A stretch of DNA of 32,000 nucleotides from Geotalea uraniireducens Rf4 (lineage in GTDB: Bacteria > Desulfobacterota > Desulfuromonadia > Geobacterales > Geobacteraceae). The stretch spans positions 3,960,001-3,992,000 of the forward strand of contig NC_009483.1 in NCBI RefSeq assembly GCF_000016745.1, in the 5' to 3' direction. The position numbers and the translations under genes are program-made. Shown piece by piece: positions 1 to 9,836 of the stretch (the first letter of the stretch is position 1; the number at the start of each line of letters is the position of its first letter). Below the pieces are notes generated by a model. It had not been told where the DNA came from, did not search any database, and worked only from the letters and a program-made list of their open reading frames with translations.

Positions 1-2935
1 TGATCCCCTTTTCTTTCGCCAGCTCGACGCTCATCTCGACGAACTGGCGCGGCTGCAACTCCAGCAGCCACGGGGTATTGCGGGTCATGACCCCGGTCTG
101 CCAGTGCTCGGTCACCCGGTAGGTGGTCCCCACGTAAGGGAAGCGGACGTCGCAGGTGGCATAGGCATCCTCGGCAAGCCCCGCGTTGGCGAAGAGCTTG
201 ATGGCCGGGTTGACCGTCTGCTTCGACATGAGGTTTTCCGGCACCGGGCATTCGAGGGGCTCGTAATGCTCTGGGAACGGCCCGTCCTTCATGCCGGGGC
301 CGAACAGGGCGCCCACCCCGTCAGGCCGCATGATGAAAGGCTTTCTCCCCTCCTTGGCATCTGCCATGGGAGGCCAGGGGCCGTCGGGGACATCCCCCTC
401 CCACTTGCCCACCTTTCCGTCGGGGAGGACGGCCGTCGGGTTCCAGTAGACGACCGCCTTCTTCATGTTGTAGGGCTTGCCGTCCGGGTTGACCGAGGCC
501 CGGTTGTAGATGATGCGCCGGTTCACCGGCCAGGCCCACGCCCATTCGGGGAAGAGGCCGAGGCCGGTCGGGTCCTTCTTTGCCCGCCGCGCCATGAGGT
601 TCCCCTTCTCGTTGTAGCTCTGGCAGTAGATCCAGTTGCCGCACGAGGTGGTGCCGTCGGCCTGGAGCTTGGCGAAGCCGTCGATGAGCTCCCCCTTCTT
701 CCCCAGGGGCTTCTTCTCCCAGGGCTTGGGTATCACCTTAGGTGGCGGTGGATTCTCACCAGGTTTCAGAGGCTTCGGCTTCTCCTCCACCTCCTCCAGG
801 AAGGAGCCGTTGATCTCCTTCGCCACCGCATGGATGTCGACGCTCCTGATGGTGCCGTCGGCCCGTTTGAAACCGTAGTTCCAGGTGAGGTTGGTGAGTT
901 GCTCGGGGAGCGCCCCCCCATCTTTGGCATAGAGTCCCTTCAGCCTGAAGAAGAGCTCGTTGATGATCTCCGCGTCCGGCTTCGACTGCCCCAGGGGCTT
1001 CACCGCCGCGTAGCGCCACTGGGCCCAGCGGCCGGAGTTGGAGATGCTCCCCTCCTTCTCGAAGGAGGCGGCCGCAGGGAGGAAGAAGACCTCGGTCGGC
1101 ACCTTGGAGGGCTCCATGCCCGGTCCTTTCCAGAAGGAGGCGGTCTCGTTGTCGAAGAGGTTGACCGTCACCATCCAGTCGAGCTTGGCGAGGGCCTTCC
1201 TCACCTTGTTGGCATTGCTCCCGGAACAGGCCGGGTTCTGCCCCCAGGCGAAGAACCCCTTGAACTTGCCGCGGATCATGTTGTCGAAGATCATGAGCCA
1301 GGAGCCGTTCATCCCCGGGTCGAGCTTGGGGAGCCACTGGTAGCCGAAGTCGTTCTCCTTCGTCGCCTTTGCCCCGTAGATCGCCTTCAGGTAGCTCGCG
1401 ATGTACTTGGGGCGGTTCTGCCACCAGTTGGCGCTCTGGGGGTCCTTCGTCTTCGGGGTGTGCTTCTCGTTGTAGGCGGAGAGGTCCTTGAGGTCGGCCG
1501 AAGGGACCGGGAGATAGCCGGGGAGAATATGGAAGAGGAGCCCGTGGTCCGTGGAGCCCTGGACGTTGGATTCCCCGCGCAGGGCGTTGATGCCGCCACC
1601 CGCCACCCCCATGTTGCCCAGAAGGAGCTGGATGATGGACATGGCGCGGATGTTCTGGGTGCCGACCGTGTGCTGGGTCCACCCCATGGCGTAGAGGGAC
1701 GTCCCCGCCCGGTCCGGCGCGCCGGTGGAGGCGTAGGCCTTGTATACCTCCAGGAGCTTATCCTTGGGGGTGCCGGTGATCTGCGACACCTTGTCGGGGG
1801 TGTAACGTGCGTAGTGCCGCCGCAGGAGCTGGAAGACGCAGTTCGGGTCCTTGAGGGCCGGGTCCCGCAGCACGTTGTCGTCCCCGTCCTTCTGGAATCC
1901 CCACGCCTTCGGGTCGTAGCTCCGCTTCTTCGGGTCGTAGCCGGAGAAGAGGCCGGCAAGCTCCCCCGGCAGCTTGAATTCCGGGTTCACCAGGAAGGAG
2001 GCGTTGGTGTAATTCTTCACGTACTCGTCGAAATAGAGCCTGTTCTCCAGGATGTAGCTGATCATCCCGCCGAGGAAGGCGATGTCGGTCCCCGAGCGAA
2101 GCGGCGCGTAGATGTCCGCCTTCGAAGCGCTGCGGGTGAAGCGGGGGTCGACGCAGATCACCTTGGCGCCCGCGTCCTTCGCCTTCATGATCCAGCGGAA
2201 GGAGACCGGGTGGTTCTCCGCCGGGTTCGCACCCATGATGAGGATTACGTCCGCATTCTTGAAATCGATCCAGTGGTTCGTCATTGCACCGCGTCCAAAC
2301 GACTCTGCCAGAGCCGCTACAGTTGCGCTGTGTCAAATGCGCGCCTGATGTTCGATATACACCAGGCCCAACCCCCTCAAGAATTTCTGATACAGATAGC
2401 ACTCCTCGTTGTCGAGGGCGGCGCTCCCCACCGAGGCGATCCCCATGGTCCGGTTCACCACCGCCTCGATCTCCTTCTCCACCTCCGCGCCCGCCACCTT
2501 CTCCTTCACCTTGATCTTCGAAGAGGGGACGAAGGAGGCGTCCCTGGTTTTCTTCACCCTTTTCGCGATCTCGTCAATGGCCCACTCCCAGGTGACCGTC
2601 TGCCACTCGTGTGAGCCGGGGGCCCGGTACATCGGCCGCGTCACCCGGGCCGGGTTGTCCCGGAGCTGGTAGACCGACGAACCCTTCGGGCAGAGGCTCC
2701 CCTCGCTGATCGGGTGATCGGGGTCCCCCTCGATGTTGATGACGCTGCCGTTCAGCGTGTGGACGATCATCCCGCACCCCACCGAACAGTAGGGGCAGAT
2801 GGTCGTCGTCTCTTTGGCGTAGCGGATGGCGAGCTCCCCCGCTTTCGCCTCGACCGGCGCGAGGTTGAGACCGAGGGTGGTCGCCGCCACCCCCGCCCCG
2901 GAGATCCTGAAAAAATCCCTCCTTGAAATACCCAT
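1..2935 (-). CDS. fdnG: Formate dehydrogenase catalytic (alpha) subunit, Mo/W-bis-MGD selenoprotein, Tat-exported. The C-terminal end runs off the window start. In-frame UGA (Sec) at 2333..2335.
   Basis: Track ORF 2333..3028 ends ...LVYIEHQARI-TGA. I translated through the TGA and the same frame continues HSATVAALAESFGRGAM..., which is the QAR(I/V)-U-H active-site motif of FdnG/FdoG enzymes. The frame is still FDH-like at the window edge (..TYRVTEHWQTGVMTRNTPWLLELQPRQFVEMSVELAKEKGI). A twin-arginine signal MGISRRDFFRISGAG starts at ATG 2935, preceded by GGGAGG. It has the CPYCSVGCG Fe-S motif and is clearly paralogous to 18096..21128. Confidence 0.92.
2305..2322 (-). promoter_or_regulatory. 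Candidate SECIS-type hairpin just downstream of the UGA of fdnG copy 1
   Basis: Minus-strand RNA is CUGUAG-CGGCU-CUG(G)CAG, starting 13 nt after the UGA. That is 6 bp including one G.U pair and one bulged G. It was folded by eye only and is weaker than the copy 2 hairpin. Confidence 0.35.
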
Positions 2936-2994
2936 GAATCTTACCTCCCTGGTTTTAATTCTCCTGATTAGCCGGTTAAAAACGAACTCCGAAT

Positions 2995-3116
2995 GGAAAC
3001 CCTTGAACCGCCCGCTCCCTTCGGTCACTCAAGACGCAAGGAAAGCGCTAATCCTTCCAGGGGGCAAACCCTTTCGATTCCGGTTTTCTTCGCGTCTTTG
3101 CGGTTCGAAGGTTTCC
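2995..3116 (-). promoter_or_regulatory. Structured 5' leader element of the fdnG copy 1 operon (nested long helices)
   Basis: On the minus-strand RNA, GGAAACCUUCGAACCGC (3116..3100) pairs with GCGGUUCAAGGGUUUCC (3011..2995). Inside that, AAGACGCGAAGAAAA pairs with CUUUCCUUGCGUCUU. The element lies between the -24/-12 promoter match and the start codon. Confidence 0.45.
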
Positions 3117-3192
3117 AGAAAATAACAATGTTTAAAATTTATGTTTAAATTCTCTTTTAATTTCGCTATGATTTGATAATGTTTTAGCATAA

Positions 3193-3208
3193 AGCAACAA
3201 ACGTTCCA
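3193..3208 (-). promoter_or_regulatory. Sigma54 (-24/-12) promoter candidate for fdnG copy 1
   Basis: The minus strand reads TGGAAC-GTTTG-TTGCT against the consensus TGGCAC-N5-TTGCW. It sits about 260 nt upstream of ATG 2935, in the divergent intergenic region next to a sigma54-activator gene. Confidence 0.6.
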
Positions 3209-3365
3209 TATTTCAAAACATCGGTTTATCAAACTCAACCCCTTGATTTTGCGTCTGAGAAGAATCCTGGCGGAAGAATTGAGGAGGAGCTGACGCAGAG
3301 AGGAGCGGGTACTTTTTTCCGCTCGCCGGGTCATTATTACCCGTAGTATCCAGGAAACGGGAGAG

Positions 3366-4760
3366 GTGGAAACAGTGGTGCAGGGAGGAAAGGTATACAT
3401 CTGCGACGACGAAGAGGAGATGCGCCGCTACCTGAGGAAGATACTCCATTCCCACGGCTTCACCGTCGAGACCTTTGCTGGCGGGGGAGCACTCCTGGAG
3501 CGGCTGGAGCGTGAAGAAAACGGCGCCCCGGACATCCTCCTCCAGGACATCCGCATGCCGGAGCTGGACGGCATCGAGGTCCTGAAACGGGTGCGGAAAC
3601 TGCGGCCATCGCTGCCGGTGGTGATCATGACAGGCTACGGCACCATCGATTCGGCGGTGGAAGCGATCAAGCTCGGGGCGTACGACTACATCACCAAGCC
3701 CTTTCCCAAGGAAAAGATTCTCGGGGTGATGGTGAAGGCCCTGGAGCGGGAATTTCTGTTGAGCGAGAACAGGGGGCTCAAAGAGGAGCTTTGCAGGCAG
3801 TCATCACCGGGAGAGATAGTCTTTGCCAGCGAAAAGTTTCGCGATGCCTTCGAGCTGACCCTCCAGGTGGCGGGAAGCGACGCGAACATCGTCATTCGCG
3901 GGGAATCGGGAACCGGCAAGGAACTCATCGCCCGGGCCATACACCACAACAGCCCGCGCAGGTCATGCCGCTTCCTTTCCGTCAACTGTGCCGCCCTCTC
4001 CGACACCCTGCTGGAAAGCCAGCTGTTCGGCCACGTGCGCGGCGCCTTCACCGGCGCCGTTACCAGCCAGAAAGGGCTCCTGGAAGAGTCCAGCGAAGGG
4101 ACCCTTTTTCTGGATGAGATCGGCGACATAAGTCCGTCTCTCCAGGCCAAGCTGCTGCGGGTCATACAGGAGAGGGAATTTCTGGCTGTAGGCTCGACAA
4201 GGCCGAAATCGGTCGATGTCCGCTTCGTGGCCGCCACCAACAAGGACCTGGAAAGGGAAGTGAAGGCCGGACGTTTCCGCGAGGACCTCTACTACCGTCT
4301 GCACGTCATCAGCATCAACCTCCCCCCCTTGAGGGAAAGGAAGGAAGACATAGTACCGCTCGCGGAGCATTTCCTGGCCAAGTATGCACGGCGCACGCGA
4401 AAACGGGTAAGCGGCATAACCGGCGATGCCCTCCGCCTCCTTGCCGGATACGACTGGCCCGGGAACGTCAGGGAGCTGGAAAACGTCATCGAGCGGGCCG
4501 TCATCCTGGCAAGGGGGGAACGGCTCACGGCGGAGCTCTTCCCCGTGAGAAACTCCGCAGACGCCCCGGCGCCCCATTCCGAAACCGAAGCCACCTCGCT
4601 GGAGAGCGCCGAACGGGCCCACATCATGAAAATACTGGGGAAGAGCGGGTTCCACAGAACCCGCGCGGCCGAAGTCCTCGGCATCACCCGCAAGACCCTG
4701 AGCCGCAAGATTGCCGAATACGCCATTGAACTCCCCTGCGACACGTCCGACGACGACTGA
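3366..4760 (+). CDS. Sigma54-dependent Fis-family response regulator (NtrC class), paralogue 1
   Basis: REC domain (ICDDEEE, LLQDIRMPELDG). AAA+ sigma54-interaction domain (GESGTGKE, ESQLFGHVRGAFTGA, RFREDLYYRL). C-terminal HTH (AAEVLGITRKTLSRKI). The track start is GTG 3366, but the in-frame GTG 3375 has better spacing to GGGAGAGG. Confidence 0.92.
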   Translation: METVVQGGKVYICDDEEEMRRYLRKILHSHGFTVETFAGGGALLERLEREENGAPDILLQDIRMPELDGIEVLKRVRKLRPSLPVVIMTGYGTIDSAVEAIKLGAYDYITKPFPKEKILGVMVKALEREFLLSENRGLKEELCRQSSPGEIVFASEKFRDAFELTLQVAGSDANIVIRGESGTGKELIARAIHHNSPRRSCRFLSVNCAALSDTLLESQLFGHVRGAFTGAVTSQKGLLEESSEGTLFLDEIGDISPSLQAKLLRVIQEREFLAVGSTRPKSVDVRFVAATNKDLEREVKAGRFREDLYYRLHVISINLPPLRERKEDIVPLAEHFLAKYARRTRKRVSGITGDALRLLAGYDWPGNVRELENVIERAVILARGERLTAELFPVRNSADAPAPHSETEATSLESAERAHIMKILGKSGFHRTRAAEVLGITRKTLSRKIAEYAIELPCDTSDDD

Positions 4761-4772
4761 CCAGGAGCATGA

Positions 4773-6848
4773 ATGCCTCCGCTACGTTTCTCCATAAGGA
4801 CCAAGCTGACGATCGGCGCACTGGTGCCGCTCTTCGTCGCCATACTCGTCTGCTCCCTGGCAGGCGTCTACATCATCAATTCCGGCATCGTCAGGCAGGC
4901 CCAGGACAAGGTGAGGATCGATCTCAACTCCGCCCGAGAGATCTATCTCAACGAGATCGCCCACATCCGCGACGTGGTGAGATTTACGGCCAACACCCCC
5001 TCTGCATCGCTGGCAATCTCACGAAGCGACCGCCGGGCCATCGCCCCTTTTCTCTCCGCTCAGCGCGAAAACGAGCAACTGGATATCCTTACGGCCGTGG
5101 GACTCAACGGGCGCGTCCTCTTCCGGGCCAGGAACCCGGCGGTCTTCGGCGACAGCCGCATCGCGGACCAGTTGGTGGCGCGGGCACTCAGGGGCGAGGT
5201 GCTTGCCGGCACAGAGGTCATGCCCCCCGGGGAGCTGACGAAGGAAGGGGAGGAGTTGGCCCGGCAGGCAACCATCAAGGTGGTGCCGACCCCCCGGGCG
5301 AGACCCGCCGGCAAGGAGGCCGAACACGCCGGCATGCTGCTGGTCGCCTCGGCACCCGTGAGAGACGCAGCGGGGCGCATCGTCGGCGTCCTCTATGGGG
5401 GGACTCTCCTGAACGGCAACAACGTGCTGGTGGACAAGATAAAGAGGATCGTCTACGAGGGGGTCCAGTTCAACGGGGAGGACGTGGGAACCGCGACCAT
5501 CTTCCTGGACGACCTCCGCATAACCACAAACGTGCAGACCATGAATGGACGAAGGGCCATAGGGACCAGGCTCTCCGAGGAGGTCTACAACCGCGTCGTC
5601 GTCAACAGGGAGAAGTGGGTGGACAGGGCCTTCGTGGTCAAGGACTGGTACTTTTCCGCCTACGAGCCGATCCTGGACCTGAACGGCGCCGTCGTCGGCT
5701 CCCTCTATGTGGGGATGCTGGAAAAGCCCTACTCGGGGATCAAGAAGAAGGTGAACCTGATCTTCGGGGGGGTGCTGCTCCTGGGCTCCCTGATAGGCCT
5801 CGCCGTCTCCGGCTTCATCGGCAGGCGGCTGGCACACCCCATCCGCGAGCTGCAGATGCTGGCGAGGCGCTTCTCCACCGGCGAGCGGGGGGTGGAGATC
5901 GCCGTGACGACCGGAGACGAGATCGGCGACCTGGCGGGCGAATTCAACAACATGACCAGGAATCTCATCCAGCGAGAGGAGGAGATCAGGGAGCTGAACC
6001 GCGAACTGGAGCGGAAGGTGCGGGAGAGGACGGCGGAGCTGGAAGAGAAGAACCTCCTCCTCATCAAGGCAAGGGAAGAGCTCGTGCGGGCCGAGAAGCT
6101 CGCCGCGATCGGTGAGCTGGCCGCCGGCGTAGCCCATGAGATAAACAACCCCATGGCAATCATCCGGGGAAACTCGGAAATCCTGCAGATGGACATCCAT
6201 CCTGAAGATCCGAGCCGCGAAGAGGTGGATATCATCGCGCAGCAGGTGTGGCGCGTGGAGAAGATCGTCGCCAATCTCCTCCGGTTTGCGCGCCGGGAGC
6301 GCAAGCACCCGGGGAAGGCGGACGTCAATCGGATGCTGGACGAGATCCTGACCCAGGCGGGTCACCAGGTGCCGCTGGAAGGTATCACCTTCAGGAAATG
6401 CTTCGCCCCCGACCTCGCCGACATCGAGGGGGACCCGGACCAGCTGCGGCAGGTATTCACCAACCTCATCCTCAACGCCATCCATGCCATGCCCGAGGGG
6501 GGGACGCTTTGCGTCGCCACCAAGTTGGTTCGAGGTTCGGGGTTCGAGGTTGGAGGTTTACGGGAAAACGTCGAACCAGGTTCCAGCGTCGAACGTCGAA
6601 CGTCGAACATCGAACCCGACCGAGATTTCGTAGAAATTTCGGTCGAGGACACGGGGATCGGCATCCCGCCGGAAAACCTGGAGCAGATATTCAACCCGTT
6701 CTTCACCACCCGGCCGAGCGGCACCGGTCTGGGACTGTCGGTCTCCTACGGGATCGTGAAGAGCCACGGCGGCAAGATCGAGGTGACCAGCGAGCAGGGA
6801 AAGGGGAGCGCGTTCCGGGTCACCCTCCCCCTGATGCAGGGGCGATGA
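4773..6848 (+). CDS. Membrane sensor histidine kinase with large extracytoplasmic Cache-like domain, HAMP, HisKA, HATPase_c; paralogue 1
   Basis: N-terminal TM helix, then a ~290-aa external region with a Cache-like block (TATIFLDDLRITTNV..GRRAIGTRLS..AFVVKDWYFSAYEPI..LYVGMLE). This is followed by a second TM, a HAMP/coiled coil, the H-box AAGVAHEINNPMAII, the N-box LILNAIHAM, and the G-boxes DTGIGI and GTGLGLS. AGGAG lies 6 nt before the ATG. Confidence 0.9.
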   Translation: MPPLRFSIRTKLTIGALVPLFVAILVCSLAGVYIINSGIVRQAQDKVRIDLNSAREIYLNEIAHIRDVVRFTANTPSASLAISRSDRRAIAPFLSAQRENEQLDILTAVGLNGRVLFRARNPAVFGDSRIADQLVARALRGEVLAGTEVMPPGELTKEGEELARQATIKVVPTPRARPAGKEAEHAGMLLVASAPVRDAAGRIVGVLYGGTLLNGNNVLVDKIKRIVYEGVQFNGEDVGTATIFLDDLRITTNVQTMNGRRAIGTRLSEEVYNRVVVNREKWVDRAFVVKDWYFSAYEPILDLNGAVVGSLYVGMLEKPYSGIKKKVNLIFGGVLLLGSLIGLAVSGFIGRRLAHPIRELQMLARRFSTGERGVEIAVTTGDEIGDLAGEFNNMTRNLIQREEEIRELNRELERKVRERTAELEEKNLLLIKAREELVRAEKLAAIGELAAGVAHEINNPMAIIRGNSEILQMDIHPEDPSREEVDIIAQQVWRVEKIVANLLRFARRERKHPGKADVNRMLDEILTQAGHQVPLEGITFRKCFAPDLADIEGDPDQLRQVFTNLILNAIHAMPEGGTLCVATKLVRGSGFEVGGLRENVEPGSSVERRTSNIEPDRDFVEISVEDTGIGIPPENLEQIFNPFFTTRPSGTGLGLSVSYGIVKSHGGKIEVTSEQGKGSAFRVTLPLMQGR
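6527..6614. repeat. Intragenic inverted heptanucleotide arrays inside kinase 1
   Basis: 6527..6561 holds GGTTCGA GGTTCGG GGTTCGA GGTTGGA GGTTTAC. 6587..6614 holds CGTCGAA x3 plus CATCGAA, with a lone CGTCGAA at 6569..6575. Phase-shifted, TCGAACG is a 6/7 match to the reverse complement of GGTTCGA. The region encodes LVRGSGFEVGGLRENVEPGSSVERRTSNIEP, which is absent from paralogues 2 and 3. Confidence 0.8.
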
Positions 6849-6917
6849 AACCGCTATTTCCCCTCAACCATATCGTCCGCATATCTGAGCATATCTGCCT
6901 TCCTCCGATGATTTGAT

Positions 6918-9245
6918 TCATGTTGAAAGGGTGAAGTAAAAGGTCGCCCCCTTGCCCGGCTCCCCCTTGGCCCACACCCGGCCGCCGTGGCGTTGGATGA
7001 TCCGCTCCACCGTGGCGAGACCGATGCCGTGTCCCCTGAATTCATCGGTGCCGGGAAGCCGCTGGAAAGGGGCAAAGAGCTTGTCCGCATCCGCCATGTC
7101 GAATCCGGCTCCGTTGTCGCGGACGAAACAGGCAGGCTTTCCATCGACTTTTGTCGTACCGAACTCGATGATCCCTTCATCCCGCGTGCCGGTGTATTTC
7201 CAGGCGTTGCCGAGGAGGTTATCCAGGACCACCCGGAGCAAACCCGCATCCCCGTCGGCACTAACGCCGTCGGTGATCAGGAACGTGACCCGGCGCCCCG
7301 GCTCGACCAGTTTCAGCTCCTCAGCCACCTCATGTGCCATGGCGGAGAGATCAATCGTTTCCCGGCGCGGCTCGATATGGGCCAGGCGGGAGAAATTGAG
7401 CAGGGCATCGATGAGCTGGTTCATGCTCAGGGTCCCGTCATTGATCTCCTGCAGATAGCCCTGGCACTGGGCGTTCAGGTTGTTGCCGCACGACTCCTGA
7501 ATGATCTGGCAGTAGCCGTTGATGACCGTCAGAGGCTTGCGCAGGTCGTGGGAGACGGAATAGCTGAAAGCCTCCAGTTCCCTGTTGGCCGTTTCCAGCT
7601 CGAAAGCCCGCGCTGCCAAATTGGTGTTCAGGATTTCGACCTCCTCCTCGGCCCGTTTTCGGGCGGTGATATCGTTCACCAGGCTCAGGAGACATCGTTG
7701 CGTGCCGATCTCGATGATTTCCGCCGAATAGAGGCCGACGATAAAGGTGCCCGGTTTGCTCCTGAAGCCGATCTCCAGTTCGCGCACCTTCTTTCCTGCC
7801 GCAAGCATCCGGAGCACCATGGCCCGGTCTTCCGGCTTCTGCCAGATGTGGAGCTCCAGCGAAGAACGGCCGATCACCTCGTCGCGCCGATAGCCCATTA
7901 CCCGTTCGAATGCCTCGTTGACCTCCATGTACCTCCCGTCTTCAAGGGAGGCGATGACGAGGACGGTCGGAGTGGCCTGGAAGGCCAGGGAGAACTTCTG
8001 CTCCGATCTGATGAGCGCTTCCTCCACCCGCTTGCGCTCGGTGACATCCTGACACACGACCAGGACGTTGAGCGTGCCGTTCAGGTCGTGCACCGCCTGC
8101 GCTATTTCCTCCACCCACAGCACCTCCCCGTCTTTGCGGATCTTGCGAAACTGCCAGCGATGCACCTGATCGGGGTTCCGCAAGCACGCATGCAGCTGCT
8201 CGGCCACGGCAGGGCGATCGTCTTCATGGAACAGCTTCAGCACCGACTGACCTTCCAGTTCGTCTATCGTGTAGCCCAGTTGACTTGCGCAAGATGGATT
8301 GACCGAGAGCATCGTCCACTCGGTATCGAGGGTAACGATCATGGTCGGGTTGTCTCGAAACAAGGCCCGATAGCGTGCTTCGCTGAAGCGCAGGGCATCT
8401 TCCACCATTTTTCGCCCGCTGATGTCGCGCGTCACTTTTGAGAAGCCCCGCAGGTTCCCGTTTTCATCGCGCAGCGCGGTAATTATCACATCGGCCCAGA
8501 ACCGGCTCCCATCCTTGCGGATCAGCCACCCCTCGCCTTCAACCCGCCCCTCGTCTGCTGCTTTTTTCAGTTCTTCTGCGGGCTTGCCCGCATCGCGCTC
8601 CTCTTCGGGATAAAAACAGGAAAAATGTCTGCCGATAATCTCTTTTTCCCCATAACCCTTCAAGCGTTCGGCACCCACATTCCAATTCAGGACATTTCCC
8701 TGTGCGTCGAGCATGAAAATAGCGTAGTCCTTCACGCATTCCACCTGTATGCGAAACAGCTCCTCGCTATCCTGAAGACGCGACTCGTACTGCTTGCGGA
8801 AGGTCATGTCGCTGACGAAGGCCAGAACGAGAACGCCGTTTATGGTTTCGATAAAGCTCAGGCTGATTTCCACAGGGAACTCGCTTCCGTCCCGGCGGCG
8901 GCCGGCAAGGTCAAGGAGCTGCCCCATCGGCCTGATCCTGGGCTCTGCGAAGAAATGCGCCTCATGCTCTTCATGGGCTTTACGGAAGCGTTCAGGAATG
9001 AGAATGGAGTGGGGCTTCCCGATGAGCTCCTTCGTCGGATAACCGAACATCTGCTCGGCGCGGGCATTGACCAGCAGAACGGTCCCGGAGTTGTCGATGA
9101 TGACAATCCCTTCGGCGAGCGACTCCAGAAGGGTGCGTACCGTGACATCGCCCTGGAAAAGTCCGGAGGCAAAGGCTATTTGCCGCTGGATTCTCAATTC
9201 CTGTTCCTGGCGTGCCTTTTCCTTATCAAGGTCGGGTGTGGACAT
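6918..9245 (-). CDS. Cytoplasmic multi-PAS (about four PAS/PAC modules) sensor histidine kinase
   Basis: Four repeated PAS-like modules each end in ..D(I/V)T.RK. These are followed by HisKA (FSYSVSHDLRKPL) and HATPase_c (DNLLGNAWKY, DNGAGF, GHGIGLATV). The track start is GTG 9257, but ATG 9245 is preceded by GGAGAA at good spacing. Confidence 0.88.
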   Translation of the reverse strand: MSTPDLDKEKARQEQELRIQRQIAFASGLFQGDVTVRTLLESLAEGIVIIDNSGTVLLVNARAEQMFGYPTKELIGKPHSILIPERFRKAHEEHEAHFFAEPRIRPMGQLLDLAGRRRDGSEFPVEISLSFIETINGVLVLAFVSDMTFRKQYESRLQDSEELFRIQVECVKDYAIFMLDAQGNVLNWNVGAERLKGYGEKEIIGRHFSCFYPEEERDAGKPAEELKKAADEGRVEGEGWLIRKDGSRFWADVIITALRDENGNLRGFSKVTRDISGRKMVEDALRFSEARYRALFRDNPTMIVTLDTEWTMLSVNPSCASQLGYTIDELEGQSVLKLFHEDDRPAVAEQLHACLRNPDQVHRWQFRKIRKDGEVLWVEEIAQAVHDLNGTLNVLVVCQDVTERKRVEEALIRSEQKFSLAFQATPTVLVIASLEDGRYMEVNEAFERVMGYRRDEVIGRSSLELHIWQKPEDRAMVLRMLAAGKKVRELEIGFRSKPGTFIVGLYSAEIIEIGTQRCLLSLVNDITARKRAEEEVEILNTNLAARAFELETANRELEAFSYSVSHDLRKPLTVINGYCQIIQESCGNNLNAQCQGYLQEINDGTLSMNQLIDALLNFSRLAHIEPRRETIDLSAMAHEVAEELKLVEPGRRVTFLITDGVSADGDAGLLRVVLDNLLGNAWKYTGTRDEGIIEFGTTKVDGKPACFVRDNGAGFDMADADKLFAPFQRLPGTDEFRGHGIGLATVERIIQRHGGRVWAKGEPGKGATFYFTLST

Positions 9246-9506
9246 GTGGTTCTCCACTGCTCTGTTGCAGATTGTGTAATGGCGAAAACTTGTAATGTGA
9301 ATGCTGTCATCAGTCTCGGTGATGCATTAATTATCCAAAACAGTGTGCTTCGTAAGGCGGTTACGGACCGGATGGCCATTTAAAATATATTAATATTACC
9401 ATCAGTGGTGGGTGGGGCAAGTGCGGGGCACAAATATCCTGGACGCGGCCACTGCCCTATCCTGGACATCTACGGCCTTGTTCGCTAGACTCGCTGGTTC
9501 GCCCTC

Positions 9507-9836
9507 TCACGGCGCAAACATTTCAGCAAGAATCGACAAAACCTCTTCTTGCGTCTGTTGATCGATTCTCCCGAGCTTTTGAATAAGCCGCGATTTGTCT
9601 ATCGTTCTGATTTGGTCAAGGACCACTTGCCCACCCTTGCCCTTGAAAGTGCACTGCACTCTTGTAGGATAATCCCTGCCTTTGGTCGTCATTGGCGCTA
9701 CGATAACGGTAGCAATATACCGGTTCATCTCATCGGGCGAAATGACGATACGCGGCCGGGCTTTGCGGATCTCACTGCCGACAGTCGGGTCCAAGTTGAC
9801 CAGATAAACATCGAATCGTTTGATTACCATTCCCAT
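9507..9836 (-). CDS. mazF: MazF/PemK-family type II toxin (endoribonuclease)
   Basis: 109 aa. FDVYLVNLDPTVGSEIRKARPRIVISPDEMN....VIVAPMTT is the typical PemK/MazF fold signature. The gene overlaps the upstream antitoxin gene by 13 nt. Confidence 0.85.
   Translation of the reverse strand: MGMVIKRFDVYLVNLDPTVGSEIRKARPRIVISPDEMNRYIATVIVAPMTTKGRDYPTRVQCTFKGKGGQVVLDQIRTIDKSRLIQKLGRIDQQTQEEVLSILAEMFAP

Noticed and set aside
2333-2335. TGA splitting fdnG copy 1 (and 20556..20558 in copy 2), read as a nonsense mutation or pseudogene, or as two separate genes
   Set aside because: The stop sits exactly in the conserved ..HQARI-U-HSATV.. active-site motif in both paralogues. The frame stays open and homologous on both sides, and hairpins follow. 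This is selenocysteine recoding, not gene decay.
104-2614. Very long plus-strand ORF (836 aa) and similar ORFs at 18228..18980 and 19761..20552
   Set aside because: They lie antisense to the two fdnG genes. They have R/G/P/V/L-rich low-complexity translations with no recognisable motifs. These are typical shadow ORFs of a GC-rich coding strand.
4769-6115. Alternative-frame and antisense long ORFs over the kinase/regulator genes (4769..6115 plus strand; 5019..6485, 23481..24926, 25059..26600 and 26833..28038 minus strand)
   Set aside because: They are Arg/Gly/Pro/His-rich translations without domains. They are fully overlapped by ORFs with unambiguous histidine kinase or AAA+ motifs.
9435-9467. 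Direct repeat TATCCTGGAC x2 (23-nt period) between mazF and the PAS kinase, considered as an att site or operator
   Set aside because: It is short and isolated, with no adjacent integrase or tRNA and no inverted partner. That is insufficient to call.
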